From Candidatus Latescibacterota bacterium (GTDB taxonomy: Bacteria; Latescibacterota; UBA2968): a DNA stretch of 64,000 bases. Shown here piece by piece: positions 50,342 to 58,764 of the stretch. A program made the translations under genes and the position numbers. The stretch lies in assembly GCA_965222605.1 (NCBI GenBank), contig OZ244960.1, forward strand, positions 2,976,001 through 3,040,000, in the 5' to 3' direction. Below the pieces are notes generated by a model, which was given only the letters and a program-made list of their open reading frames with translations, did not search any database and was not told where the DNA came from. The first letter of the stretch is position 1; each line of letters starts with the position of its first letter.

Positions 50342-50446
50342 TGTGGAAAATTATGTGGATAACTTTTCCTCAATCGGACATTTTCAGTCCTTTATTGAAA
50401 AAAATCAACGATTTAAATTGTTAACACTATTATCCACTTTTCCACA
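50342..50446. promoter_or_regulatory. DnaA-box cluster flanking a consensus IHF site
   Basis: TGTGGAAAA 50342, TGTGGATAA 50354, AATCAACGATTTA 50403, TTATCCACT 50430, TTTTCCACA 50438. Confidence 0.75.
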
Positions 50447-50493
50447 TTCAATGCGACAAGTTCCCTTTGATTGCTTTTCCTCCTCACATCTGT

Positions 50494-51183
50494 CTATCGA
50501 AACACGTCTATGCGCTTGATCACCACAGGTTTTATTGGTCGATCTCCCGGTGCGGTTTCGACCATTGCAATTTTGTTGACCACATCCATTCCCTTTGTCA
50601 CTTCTCCAAAAGCAGTATATTGAGTGTCCAAATTGGGCGAAGTCCCATGCATAATGAAAAATTGTGACCCGGCACCAGCCGACACATCTGAAATGCGTGC
50701 CATAGAAAGAATGCTCGGTACGTGTTTTATATCATTAAATTCATGAGGGATATGCACGAGCGGTCCCCCCATTCCATAGTCAGATGGATTATCGTCCTTT
50801 GAATTTGGATCGCCTCCCTGAATCATGAAATTTTTAATTACGCGATGAAACTTGGTATTGTCATAAAACCCGCTTTCTGCTCGCGTGATAAAGGCAAAAC
50901 AATGAACAGGTGCCTTTTCGGGATGGAACTTCAATTCGATATCGCCCATATTCGTCGCGATACGCGCCTTCACATTCCGAATCTGATTTACCAGAAACAG
51001 CATTCGGCCTCCGATTTCGCCGGCTCGCTCAATCTGGTTTTGTGCCTTGTTCAAAGAGCTTTTCAACGACCGATTCTCATTGTTCAACTTTTCATTGGCT
51101 TGTTTTAAATCTTCCATTCCGCTACCTCCACAGGCCGCTATCGAAAGACATAGCCCTAAAAAAACAAATCGTTTCATAGACAT
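50494..51183 (-). CDS. Cyclophilin-type peptidyl-prolyl isomerase, lipoprotein
   Basis: IAAC lipobox, FHRVIKNFMIQGGDP, SMAR, GSQFFI, YTAFG. Confidence 0.93.
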   Translation of the reverse strand: MSMKRFVFLGLCLSIAACGGSGMEDLKQANEKLNNENRSLKSSLNKAQNQIERAGEIGGRMLFLVNQIRNVKARIATNMGDIELKFHPEKAPVHCFAFITRAESGFYDNTKFHRVIKNFMIQGGDPNSKDDNPSDYGMGGPLVHIPHEFNDIKHVPSILSMARISDVSAGAGSQFFIMHGTSPNLDTQYTAFGEVTKGMDVVNKIAMVETAPGDRPIKPVVIKRIDVFR

Positions 51184-51409
51184 TTCTCCTTTAAATCATA
51201 TTTCTAAATATAAGCCCAGACGCTCATCATAGGCAACAATCCGTTTGCACATCTCAGCGAAAATAAACAACCACCTGTCTGCAGGTGATTGTTACAATGA
51301 CTAAGCGTGGAAACAATACCCCCCAAATCTCTCTTGACAGTGGTTCTCCTCCACGCTTTATTGTTCGCGGAACAACACAAACCTCCACATTCCCAAGGAC
51401 AACATCATT

Positions 51410-52270
51410 ATGCGACTTGTTACATTTACTCACCAGGGACAGCGTCGGCTCGGTGCTCGATCAGGCGATTCGATCATTGACCTCAGTGCTGCCGATCCTT
51501 CGATTCCCTCCACCATGAAAGAATTTCTCGAAGCAGGCGATAATGCCATTTCCAGAGCCCAGGCAGTGATTGATAAAGGGGGCCATGCCATTTCTGCAAC
51601 AGATGTCACTGTTCATGCTCCCATCGACAATCCAGAAAAAATCATTTGCATAGGTCTCAACTACGCCGATCATGCCGCCGAGAGCGGTATGCCCATTCCC
51701 GACGAACCCATTGTCTTTTCCAAATATGCATCATCCATCATCGGACCCGATGAGAATATCGTGGCTCCCAGCGCGAGTTCCCAGGTTGACTACGAAGTCG
51801 AGCTTGTTGTCGCTATTGGCAAACGCGGTCGCAACATCTCTGAAGAAGATGCCCTCAACCACGTTGCGGGCTACATGGTCGGACACGACGTGAGTGCTCG
51901 TGATTACCAGCTCGAAAAACCAGGAGCACAATGGATGATGGGCAAAACCTTTGATACATTTGCTCCAATAGGACCTGATCTGGTCACAACCGACAATGTG
52001 CCCGATCCTCATAATCTGGGCATTCGCTGTATCCTCAATGGCGAAACAGTGCAGGATTCCAACACCTCTCAACTGATTTTCGGCGTACCCAAACTCATTG
52101 CTTATCTCACACATGTATTCACGCTTACCCCCGGAGATTTGATTTTTACCGGCACACCTCCCGGTGTGGGTATGGGGCGTGAGCCGCAACTCTGGCTCAA
52201 ACACGGCGACCATGTGATATGTGAAATTGATGGACTGGGACGACTCGAAAATCCGGTTGTTTCAGATTGA
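51410..52270 (+). CDS. Fumarylacetoacetate hydrolase family protein
   Basis: KIICIGLNYADH, DYEVEL, DVSARD, GDLIFTGTPPGVG. Confidence 0.93.
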   Translation: MRLVTFTHQGQRRLGARSGDSIIDLSAADPSIPSTMKEFLEAGDNAISRAQAVIDKGGHAISATDVTVHAPIDNPEKIICIGLNYADHAAESGMPIPDEPIVFSKYASSIIGPDENIVAPSASSQVDYEVELVVAIGKRGRNISEEDALNHVAGYMVGHDVSARDYQLEKPGAQWMMGKTFDTFAPIGPDLVTTDNVPDPHNLGIRCILNGETVQDSNTSQLIFGVPKLIAYLTHVFTLTPGDLIFTGTPPGVGMGREPQLWLKHGDHVICEIDGLGRLENPVVSD

Positions 52271-52327
52271 GATATCCCAAAGTCACGGAAAACACTTCCA
52301 GAGGATTTGATGTTTGGGGAGGGAATG

Positions 52328-52678
52328 TCAAACAGAGGGCAAACGGCTCCGCAATTCTGTCAGCTCGCGTTCGAGATGATCCAATCTGAACGAAACTTCA
52401 CGCTCGTGCAACAGCCGATCAGCAGTACCCATACCATCGTGTATGATCGAAAGCCTGCGCTTGAGCTGTTCGCAGATGTGACCGACTTCTGATATATCGG
52501 CCTCGACCTGAGCCTGGCGTGTGCCTATTTTGTGAATCGCATCCTGCACATTTTGGAGGTCAGATCGAATTTCTACAAATTGCCTGGCGACCATTTGAGC
52601 GAAATTTTCTTGCGAAGACTCAATGGCGTCGCGAACGGTTTCTCGAATGAGATCGAGTTCGCCAGCATCAAAGGCCAT
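52328..52678 (-). CDS. Hypothetical coiled-coil protein
   Basis: MAFDAGEL... heptad-rich; the upstream ORF extension is low-complexity. Confidence 0.55.
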   Translation of the reverse strand: MAFDAGELDLIRETVRDAIESSQENFAQMVARQFVEIRSDLQNVQDAIHKIGTRQAQVEADISEVGHICEQLKRRLSIIHDGMGTADRLLHEREVSFRLDHLERELTELRSRLPSV

Positions 52679-52979
52679 GGGCGAATTCCTGAAAAGACAG
52701 ATGGAGTACGAAAAAATATCCGTACTTGAATGCTGGAAAAAAAAGGGGGAGAAAAAGGGGAAATGGGGAGGATAAGCCTGACGATCTGGGGAGAAAGGGG
52801 AATCAGAGCAAGATCGGTTTACCCTCCCCACCCAATAAAGAGAGACTTGAATTCAGGCAAAATATAATTTAACTGAATCGCGTTTCTCTTTATTTTTCAG
52901 GACATTATGTCCTGAACACACACAAACAAGTGTGTGTTCAGTGCCTTCTGTGTGGGGAGTAACAGAATGCACTGACCAA

Positions 52980-53008
52980 AATATACACTGTCAAGTTTGT
53001 GTTGTCAA
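52980..53008 (-). promoter_or_regulatory. Near-consensus sigma70 promoter
   Basis: Minus strand TTGACA-17 bp-TATATT. Confidence 0.7.
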
Positions 53009-53127
53009 GAAAAAATGTTTTCATCTAACTCATCTATTTCTCAAGAATTTAGCTTGCCACGCGGCTCTTTTCAATTCATATTATGTTATGAAACTTTTAA
53101 ATGCGACTGACCTTTTGGGAGGGGTGT

Positions 53128-53631
53128 ATGAGGTTTGGTGAAATAATAAAACAAGCTCGTACTGGCCGATTTAGCCAGCAGGCTTTGGGTGAAAGTATTG
53201 GGGTGTGGGGCACTTATATCTATCAAATAGAAAAAGGCGAACGCATACCATCCGACGACGTGTGTACGAATCTTGCAAAAGCACTCGATCTCGATCCTCA
53301 ATTGCTTCTTTTTTTGGCGTATAAAGAACGCGCACAGAAAACAACCGAAGGCCGCAGACTTTTTACACAGATGGAAAAACTGATGACAGACCCTGTCATT
53401 AGCCAGGTAATTGCCGACCCAAAAATGCTTGACTCAGGCATTGTCAAAGCACTTCAGATTCCCAATATCCGCAAGGTACTCAAGAACAAGCAGTGGTGCG
53501 AAGCCCTGAACGCGAGTGCTTCAACTACAGACCGGGATATTCCCGAACTCATTAAGATTATCACCCAGATCCCCGCCCAACAATGGCAAGCATTGCTCAG
53601 TACAGCAAAAGCTTTTGCAGGCATAACTTGA
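53128..53631 (+). CDS. XRE-family helix-turn-helix regulator
   Basis: FGEIIKQAR..SQQALG....TYIYQIEKGERIPS...LAKAL; GGAGG RBS. Confidence 0.88.
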   Translation: MRFGEIIKQARTGRFSQQALGESIGVWGTYIYQIEKGERIPSDDVCTNLAKALDLDPQLLLFLAYKERAQKTTEGRRLFTQMEKLMTDPVISQVIADPKMLDSGIVKALQIPNIRKVLKNKQWCEALNASASTTDRDIPELIKIITQIPAQQWQALLSTAKAFAGIT

Positions 53632-53738
53632 TCATATTAATGAAATTGAGGTGTATAATTTTCTACAGGATATTTCTGAAAGAAGCCACAGAATAGCGAT
53701 TACCATTACTGGCATGGCCTGAAATCCCCATTAAAATC

Positions 53739-53777
53739 AAAAAAGCCCGTTTTCTCGCGTTGAGAAACGGGCTTTTT
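53739..53777. terminator. Bidirectional intrinsic terminator
   Basis: AAAAAGCCCGTTT...AAACGGGCTTTTT. Confidence 0.8.
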
Positions 53778-53844
53778 ACATATTCTCTCAGGTTGTGATT
53801 ATCAATAATAAGTTAATCTACACTTCTATTTACTAACTTCCTAA

Positions 53845-53860
53845 TGTTTCACGTGGAACG
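53845..53860. promoter_or_regulatory. parS site 1
   Basis: TGTTTCACGTGGAACG vs consensus TGTTTCACGTGAAACA; origin-proximal. Confidence 0.8.
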
Positions 53861-53892
53861 GTTTACAACTGGTCGCAGTCCAGACCAGTTCA
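53858..53892 (+). repeat. 35-bp hairpin mini-element copy 5 (in parS 1; supplies the rsmG stop)
   Basis: ACGGTTTACAACTGGTCGCAGTCCAGACCAGTTCA. Confidence 0.85.
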
Positions 53893-54528
53893 ACGTCTTT
53901 TAAGAAAGACAAAGGAACGTTTTCGTTCCATAAATGGTAAAGTCAAAGTGGCTTCAGTAGCATAGATGTCGCGTGGAACACCGTTTGTGAACTCGCTAAG
54001 AGCACATGGCCCTTTCATTGAAATAAGCACACCGCGGGGGGCGAGAAAAGGTTCAACCCAATTCCAGAGTTGGGGAAGCCGTGCAACTGCACGGGCTGTA
54101 CCAATCAGAAATTTACCCGCGAATGAGGAATCTCCAATAAGGTTCTCAGCGCGACTTCTGATAGCGAAAGTGCTTTGAAGGCCGAGCGCAGTAATCGTTT
54201 CCTGGAGAAAAAGGGCTTTCATGCGGGCGGGTTCGAGGAGATAAACTTCGAGGTCGGACCTCATAATCTTGATCACAATACCCGGCAGACCAGCACCCGA
54301 ACCCAAATCGAGGAGAGGTCCATCCATTGGAAGGTGCGGTACCAGCGAGAGACAATCGAGAATATGACGCTCCCATATAAAATTGCGGTCATTGCGGGAG
54401 ATCAATCGAACGCGAGCCGACCAATTGGTAAGCAAATTGACGTATTGCTGGAGCCTGACGACCTGTTCCTGAGAAAAAGAAAGGTCAAAGGACCTCTCCG
54501 CAAGCTCAATGGCCTCATTGGGTTGCAT
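53890..54528 (-). CDS. rsmG: 16S rRNA m7G527 methyltransferase
   Basis: RHILDCL, LDLGSGAGLPG, RAE, TARAVA, MKG. Confidence 0.95.
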   Translation of the reverse strand: MQPNEAIELAERSFDLSFSQEQVVRLQQYVNLLTNWSARVRLISRNDRNFIWERHILDCLSLVPHLPMDGPLLDLGSGAGLPGIVIKIMRSDLEVYLLEPARMKALFLQETITALGLQSTFAIRSRAENLIGDSSFAGKFLIGTARAVARLPQLWNWVEPFLAPRGVLISMKGPCALSEFTNGVPRDIYATEATLTLPFMERKRSFVFLKRR

Positions 54529-54575
54529 TGGATATACCTTTAGAAAGACGTAAGACGACCGCCCAACCCCTCTTA

Positions 54576-54626
54576 TGTTTCACGTGAAACGGTGTACAAC
54601 TGGTCGTTTCTCAGACCAGTTCAACA
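54576..54626. promoter_or_regulatory. parS site 2, interrupted by the mini-element
   Basis: TGTTTCACGTGAA[35 bp]ACA; excision restores perfect TGTTTCACGTGAAACA. Confidence 0.88.
54589..54623 (+). repeat. 35-bp hairpin mini-element copy 6
   Basis: ACGGTGTACAACTGGTCGTTTCTCAGACCAGTTCA. Confidence 0.88.
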
Positions 54627-55973
54627 TTATTTGCCAATGCAAAAGGTTTTGAAGATTCGATCAAGAACATCATCTGGGGTAGTCTCCCCAATGATCGCGG
54701 CAAGCGCGTCGAGTGCAACGCGGAGATCCATGGCAATAATTTCCCCTGGATTGCCGAATTCAAGGCTTTGAAGAGCCTGGGAGAGTCCCGTTGAAGCCTG
54801 TTGAAGTGCGAGAACATGCCGTTCTTTGGTAACGATCTCGTCAGGCAGGTCGCTCTTTCCCAGGAGAGTCTCGCGAAGGCGATCACGCAGGGTGGAGATG
54901 CCATCGCCTGTTTTGGCTGAAAGAATAAGTTGGGGATGGAGAGACTGAACGCTTTGCCAACCCGTGTAGATACCGAGGTCGCTCTTATTGAGAACAAGAA
55001 ATGCGTGATCAAAACGACTGATGTTGTCCAGATCCAGGGTAGATGGAGGAAGCGATCCATCTACAATATAGAGAACAATAGCTGCGCGGTCTATGAATTG
55101 TTGAGACCGACGCGTACCCTCTCGTTCCACCGGGTCGTCGGTGTCGCGAATACCAGCAGTATCAACCAGTGTCACAGTGATTCCATTGAGATCTATCTGC
55201 TCTTCAATTGTGTCCCGAGTTGTACCGGGAATATCTGTAACAATCGCGCGGTCTTCTTCAAGAAGTCGGTTAAGAAGGCTGGATTTTCCCACATTGGGTT
55301 GACCTGCGAGAGTGATGACAGCCCCTTCACGAATAATTTTTCCGCGTTCATACGAAAGAATGAGATCTTCAATATGCCTTGAAGCCTGAGAGATCGGTGG
55401 CTTAATCATCTCGACATCTATCTCTACATCCTCGGAAAAGTCTAAACCGGCTTCAAGAAGCATGGCAGCCTGACGAATAGATTCTGCCATTTTTACGAAA
55501 CGGCGATGAAGCCCTCCTCGGAGTTGAAAAAAAGCAGATTGGAGGCTCAGATCAGATTTCGCGGTGATCATATCAGAAACTGCTTCGGCCTGTGAGAGGT
55601 CTATTTTACCGTTGAGGAAAGCTCGCCTGGTAAATTCACCAGGACCAGCGGGTCGAGCACCTTCATGGAAAATTGCTTCCATAATCCGTCTGAGGAGAAA
55701 AGGTCCCCCATGACAGTTAAATTCAACCGTATCGTCGCCGGTAAAGGAATTGGGGGCGCGCATGACTGAGATCAGGATTTTGTCAAAATCCCGACCCTGA
55801 ATGTAGAGATGTCCAAAAGAAAGTTGGCGAGACGGAAGGCGGCTGAGGGCGGTTTTGCCTTTGAAGAGATGTTCTGCTATTGAGATGGCATCTGGTCCGC
55901 TGAGCCTGATGATGCCAATTGCCCCTTCACCTGGAGCAGTGGCGATTGCGGCAATGGTATCTTTGTCAGACAT
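54627..55973 (-). CDS. mnmE: tRNA modification GTPase MnmE
   Basis: DTIAAIAT, PGEFTRRAFLNGK, GQPNVGKSS, GTTRD, DTAG, FCIGK. Confidence 0.98.
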   Translation of the reverse strand: MSDKDTIAAIATAPGEGAIGIIRLSGPDAISIAEHLFKGKTALSRLPSRQLSFGHLYIQGRDFDKILISVMRAPNSFTGDDTVEFNCHGGPFLLRRIMEAIFHEGARPAGPGEFTRRAFLNGKIDLSQAEAVSDMITAKSDLSLQSAFFQLRGGLHRRFVKMAESIRQAAMLLEAGLDFSEDVEIDVEMIKPPISQASRHIEDLILSYERGKIIREGAVITLAGQPNVGKSSLLNRLLEEDRAIVTDIPGTTRDTIEEQIDLNGITVTLVDTAGIRDTDDPVEREGTRRSQQFIDRAAIVLYIVDGSLPPSTLDLDNISRFDHAFLVLNKSDLGIYTGWQSVQSLHPQLILSAKTGDGISTLRDRLRETLLGKSDLPDEIVTKERHVLALQQASTGLSQALQSLEFGNPGEIIAMDLRVALDALAAIIGETTPDDVLDRIFKTFCIGK

Positions 55974-55986
55974 AGAAATAAACCGA

Positions 55987-57690
55987 TCAGGACGTGCCCA
56001 ACATCGATTTGGTTCTTTCCATAATGATCTGCTGGGCGAGGGTCAGCACATTGTAGAGCGTGTAATAAAACACGAGACCTGAAGACATAGTCCAGAAAAT
56101 ATAGGTGAGAAAGACGGGCATGATATACACAAGGACAGCCTGTTTGGGATCTTTCATCATCATCTTTTGCTGAATAAACATCGACACGCCCATTAAAAGA
56201 GGCAAGAGGTGCAGGTCAAAACCGCCAATGGGGATGGTATCTGGTTGGGAAAGATCGGTGATCCAGAGAGCGAATCCAGCTTGCCGGAGTTCAATAGTAC
56301 CACGAAAGAGAGAGAAAAGAGAAAACAGTATGGGCATCTGTAAAACCATAGGCAAACATCCACCGATGGGGTTGATCTTCTCCTCCCGGTAGAGTTTCAT
56401 CATGGCCGTGTTCATCTTTTGCTGGTCTTTAGCATAACGCTCGCGGAGTTCGGCAATTTTGGGTTGGAGAGTCTGCATCTTGGCAGTGGATTCAAGACTC
56501 TTGTGCGTGAGTGGGAAAACAACGACCTTGACGAGAATAGAAAAAAGAATTATGACCACGCCGTAGTTTGGAACCAGAGCGTGCATGGCCAGGAAGGCTT
56601 TAAGAATTAAAATTGTAACTGGCTTGAGAATGGCGCGCACAAAATAAGGACCGTAATCGACAAAGTCATCGAGGTTCAGTTCTCGTTCAAGTCCATCAAA
56701 GTCATGATTTTGAGCACGCAAAATGTTATAAGAAATTGGGCCAATATATGCGGAGTAATTGATAATATTAAGTCCAGAATCAGCATACATATCAAAAGCA
56801 AAATCGCGATAAGAAAAGCCAAGTGGGTCAATTATAGTATCACCGTATAGGGCGAGGTCATAACGACCATCGTTGGGGATAACCGCGGCGAGAAAGTATT
56901 TATTTCTTACGCCAATCCAGGTCAGTTGACCGCTCGGGGGCGTCTCTTTTTCCTGAAGGCGGTCTGTATCCCATGTTTCAACTTCCCCTCCCATGTAGGT
57001 GACGATTTGTTCGTAAGCACCTTCGTAAAAACTCTCTGAAGTACCGCGCTTATTTTCTGTATCAGCGAGACCACCATCCCATGTTATCGCCAATTTATCA
57101 TCTCGAGCAAGCCCTTCAGCTATGACGGAAACGTGAATGCGATATCGGTTGCCCTGAAAACGGAAACGTTTCTCGACTGGACCACGCGGAGATTGAGCGC
57201 GAAATACGATCAAGTCTTGCGTATCACCATAAATGTCAAGGCGATCGCGATCGGGGATAAATTCGAGACTATTGAGGGACTCACTTGCAATAGTAGCTCC
57301 AAGTCCAGCACCGTTGGGTGCCATCACTTCCAGCCAATTGCCATTGCCATCAAAGTAGGTCTTGAGTTGCCAACTGGTAATTACGCCACCGCGCGTGGAG
57401 ATGACAGCGCGGTAGAGTTCGGCATCTATGACAATATCACGTGCCTGGAACGTCGATGTAGAGGCTGGCTTTTCGTCCTGGATAGGAGGTTGCTGGATTT
57501 CTGGTTGTTGTGTGGGTTGACGTTCGGGAGATGTATCAGTAATCTGCGGTGGTTCAGTTTGGCGAGGGGCAGGTTTTTTTACAGGATTAGAAGGCTGAGG
57601 AGTGTCACCCTGCTGGAATTGCATGTAATACGGCATCAGTATCAAAATCAGGCCGATTAACGCAAAGGCAATTACCGTGCGTTTATCCAT
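55987..57690 (-). CDS. yidC: Membrane protein insertase YidC
   Basis: NYGVVII, KMQTLQPK, NPIGGCLP..LQMPI, WITDLSQPD. Confidence 0.97.
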   Translation of the reverse strand: MDKRTVIAFALIGLILILMPYYMQFQQGDTPQPSNPVKKPAPRQTEPPQITDTSPERQPTQQPEIQQPPIQDEKPASTSTFQARDIVIDAELYRAVISTRGGVITSWQLKTYFDGNGNWLEVMAPNGAGLGATIASESLNSLEFIPDRDRLDIYGDTQDLIVFRAQSPRGPVEKRFRFQGNRYRIHVSVIAEGLARDDKLAITWDGGLADTENKRGTSESFYEGAYEQIVTYMGGEVETWDTDRLQEKETPPSGQLTWIGVRNKYFLAAVIPNDGRYDLALYGDTIIDPLGFSYRDFAFDMYADSGLNIINYSAYIGPISYNILRAQNHDFDGLERELNLDDFVDYGPYFVRAILKPVTILILKAFLAMHALVPNYGVVIILFSILVKVVVFPLTHKSLESTAKMQTLQPKIAELRERYAKDQQKMNTAMMKLYREEKINPIGGCLPMVLQMPILFSLFSLFRGTIELRQAGFALWITDLSQPDTIPIGGFDLHLLPLLMGVSMFIQQKMMMKDPKQAVLVYIMPVFLTYIFWTMSSGLVFYYTLYNVLTLAQQIIMERTKSMLGTS

Positions 57691-57757
57691 AGATTAAGTC
57701 CTTCTACATATTTGATTGAGAATAGTCGATGAAAGGAAGGAATTGCAAAAAAGGAGA

Positions 57758-58105
57758 TCAAGAGTCGATAAGACCGAGCTTTTGAAACGCGAGGTGTAGT
57801 TCCAGACGGAGTTCGGCATAAGAGACACCGTAAGCGTGGTCTCCTATGGAGATAATCATCAAACAGTGAGGATGGCCTAAAGGTATTAGTTCGGAACATA
57901 TTGCACGTACTTGCCGGCGGATGCGATTGCGCCGAACTGCGTTTCCAAATTTTTTCCTAATTGAAATGAGCGTTAGATCCATCTCGGAAGTACCAATCCG
58001 AACATGAACCCAACGCCCACGAAAGATTTGGCCGTGCTGTCGAATTTTCGCTATTTCGCGTCGAATGCGTAGGTTGGGTGTTCCCATAACACACCTACAT
58101 ATCAA
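57758..58105 (-). CDS. rnpA: Ribonuclease P protein component (divergent; start may be ATG 58087)
   Basis: [17 protein letters not shown] motif; position between rpmH and yidC. Confidence 0.88.
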   Translation of the reverse strand: MICRCVMGTPNLRIRREIAKIRQHGQIFRGRWVHVRIGTSEMDLTLISIRKKFGNAVRRNRIRRQVRAICSELIPLGHPHCLMIISIGDHAYGVSYAELRLELHLAFQKLGLIDS

Positions 58106-58236
58106 TGCGATAGCTGCTTGCGACCCTTTCGGCGCCGTCGATTGAGCACATGGCGACCACCAGGAGAACTCATGCGAGCGCGAAAACCATGTTTATTTTT
58201 GCGCTTGCGATTATGTGGTTGAAACGTCCGTTTCAT
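58102..58236 (-). CDS. rpmH: 50S ribosomal protein L34 (not in the ORF track)
   Basis: Manual translation [44 protein letters not shown]; GAGGTG RBS. Confidence 0.97.
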   Translation of the reverse strand: MKRTFQPHNRKRKNKHGFRARMSSPGGRHVLNRRRRKGRKQLSH

Positions 58237-58356
58237 CAAACCACCTCGTATCTACAAAAATTTCAATTATCTATATCGACAAAGAGTTTGGAATATAGAT
58301 GTGCATATCTCGTTTGTCAAGGGATTTCCCCTTGATGGGAGACCTGTGTAATTACA

Positions 58357-58401
58357 CTACTATATATGGTGTACATTTTTTTTGTACACCCTATATTGAC
58401 T
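58357..58401. promoter_or_regulatory. NrdR-like boxes in the rpmH-dnaA intergenic region
   Basis: CTACTATATATGGTGT (58357) and weaker ACACCCTATATTGACT (58386). Confidence 0.5.
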
Positions 58402-58764
58402 TTTTGCTATTATTTTATTATTTTTCAAATGTTTATTAATATTTTTCTTTGACCAAAACTCACTTGACACCGCTTATTTCATTGCTTAGTTTTCGATTAG
58501 CTTTCAGAATCTTTTGAAATTCACTTTTGAAGTGGATTCCCCCACCGTGATCTGCTGTTAAAAATAACCGAACTATTTCGATTTCAAAATCTCAGAATAC
58601 TTTCAATGTTCCTTCCCTCAATTGAGAGCCCCCCTTCTTCTGACGCGAAATCAACCTCCCTTATATTCGGATTTCTCAGACAACGGTTTCCATCTCTTAA
58701 AGCACCCTCTTGATATGTCCTTTAGTTGGCGCGTGTTTGCCAGCCATAGACGGATATTTGCACT

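Noticed and set aside
54589-54626. Mini-element as an integron attC site (AAC...GTT)
   Set aside because: Far too short, no L boxes, no cassette array or integrase.
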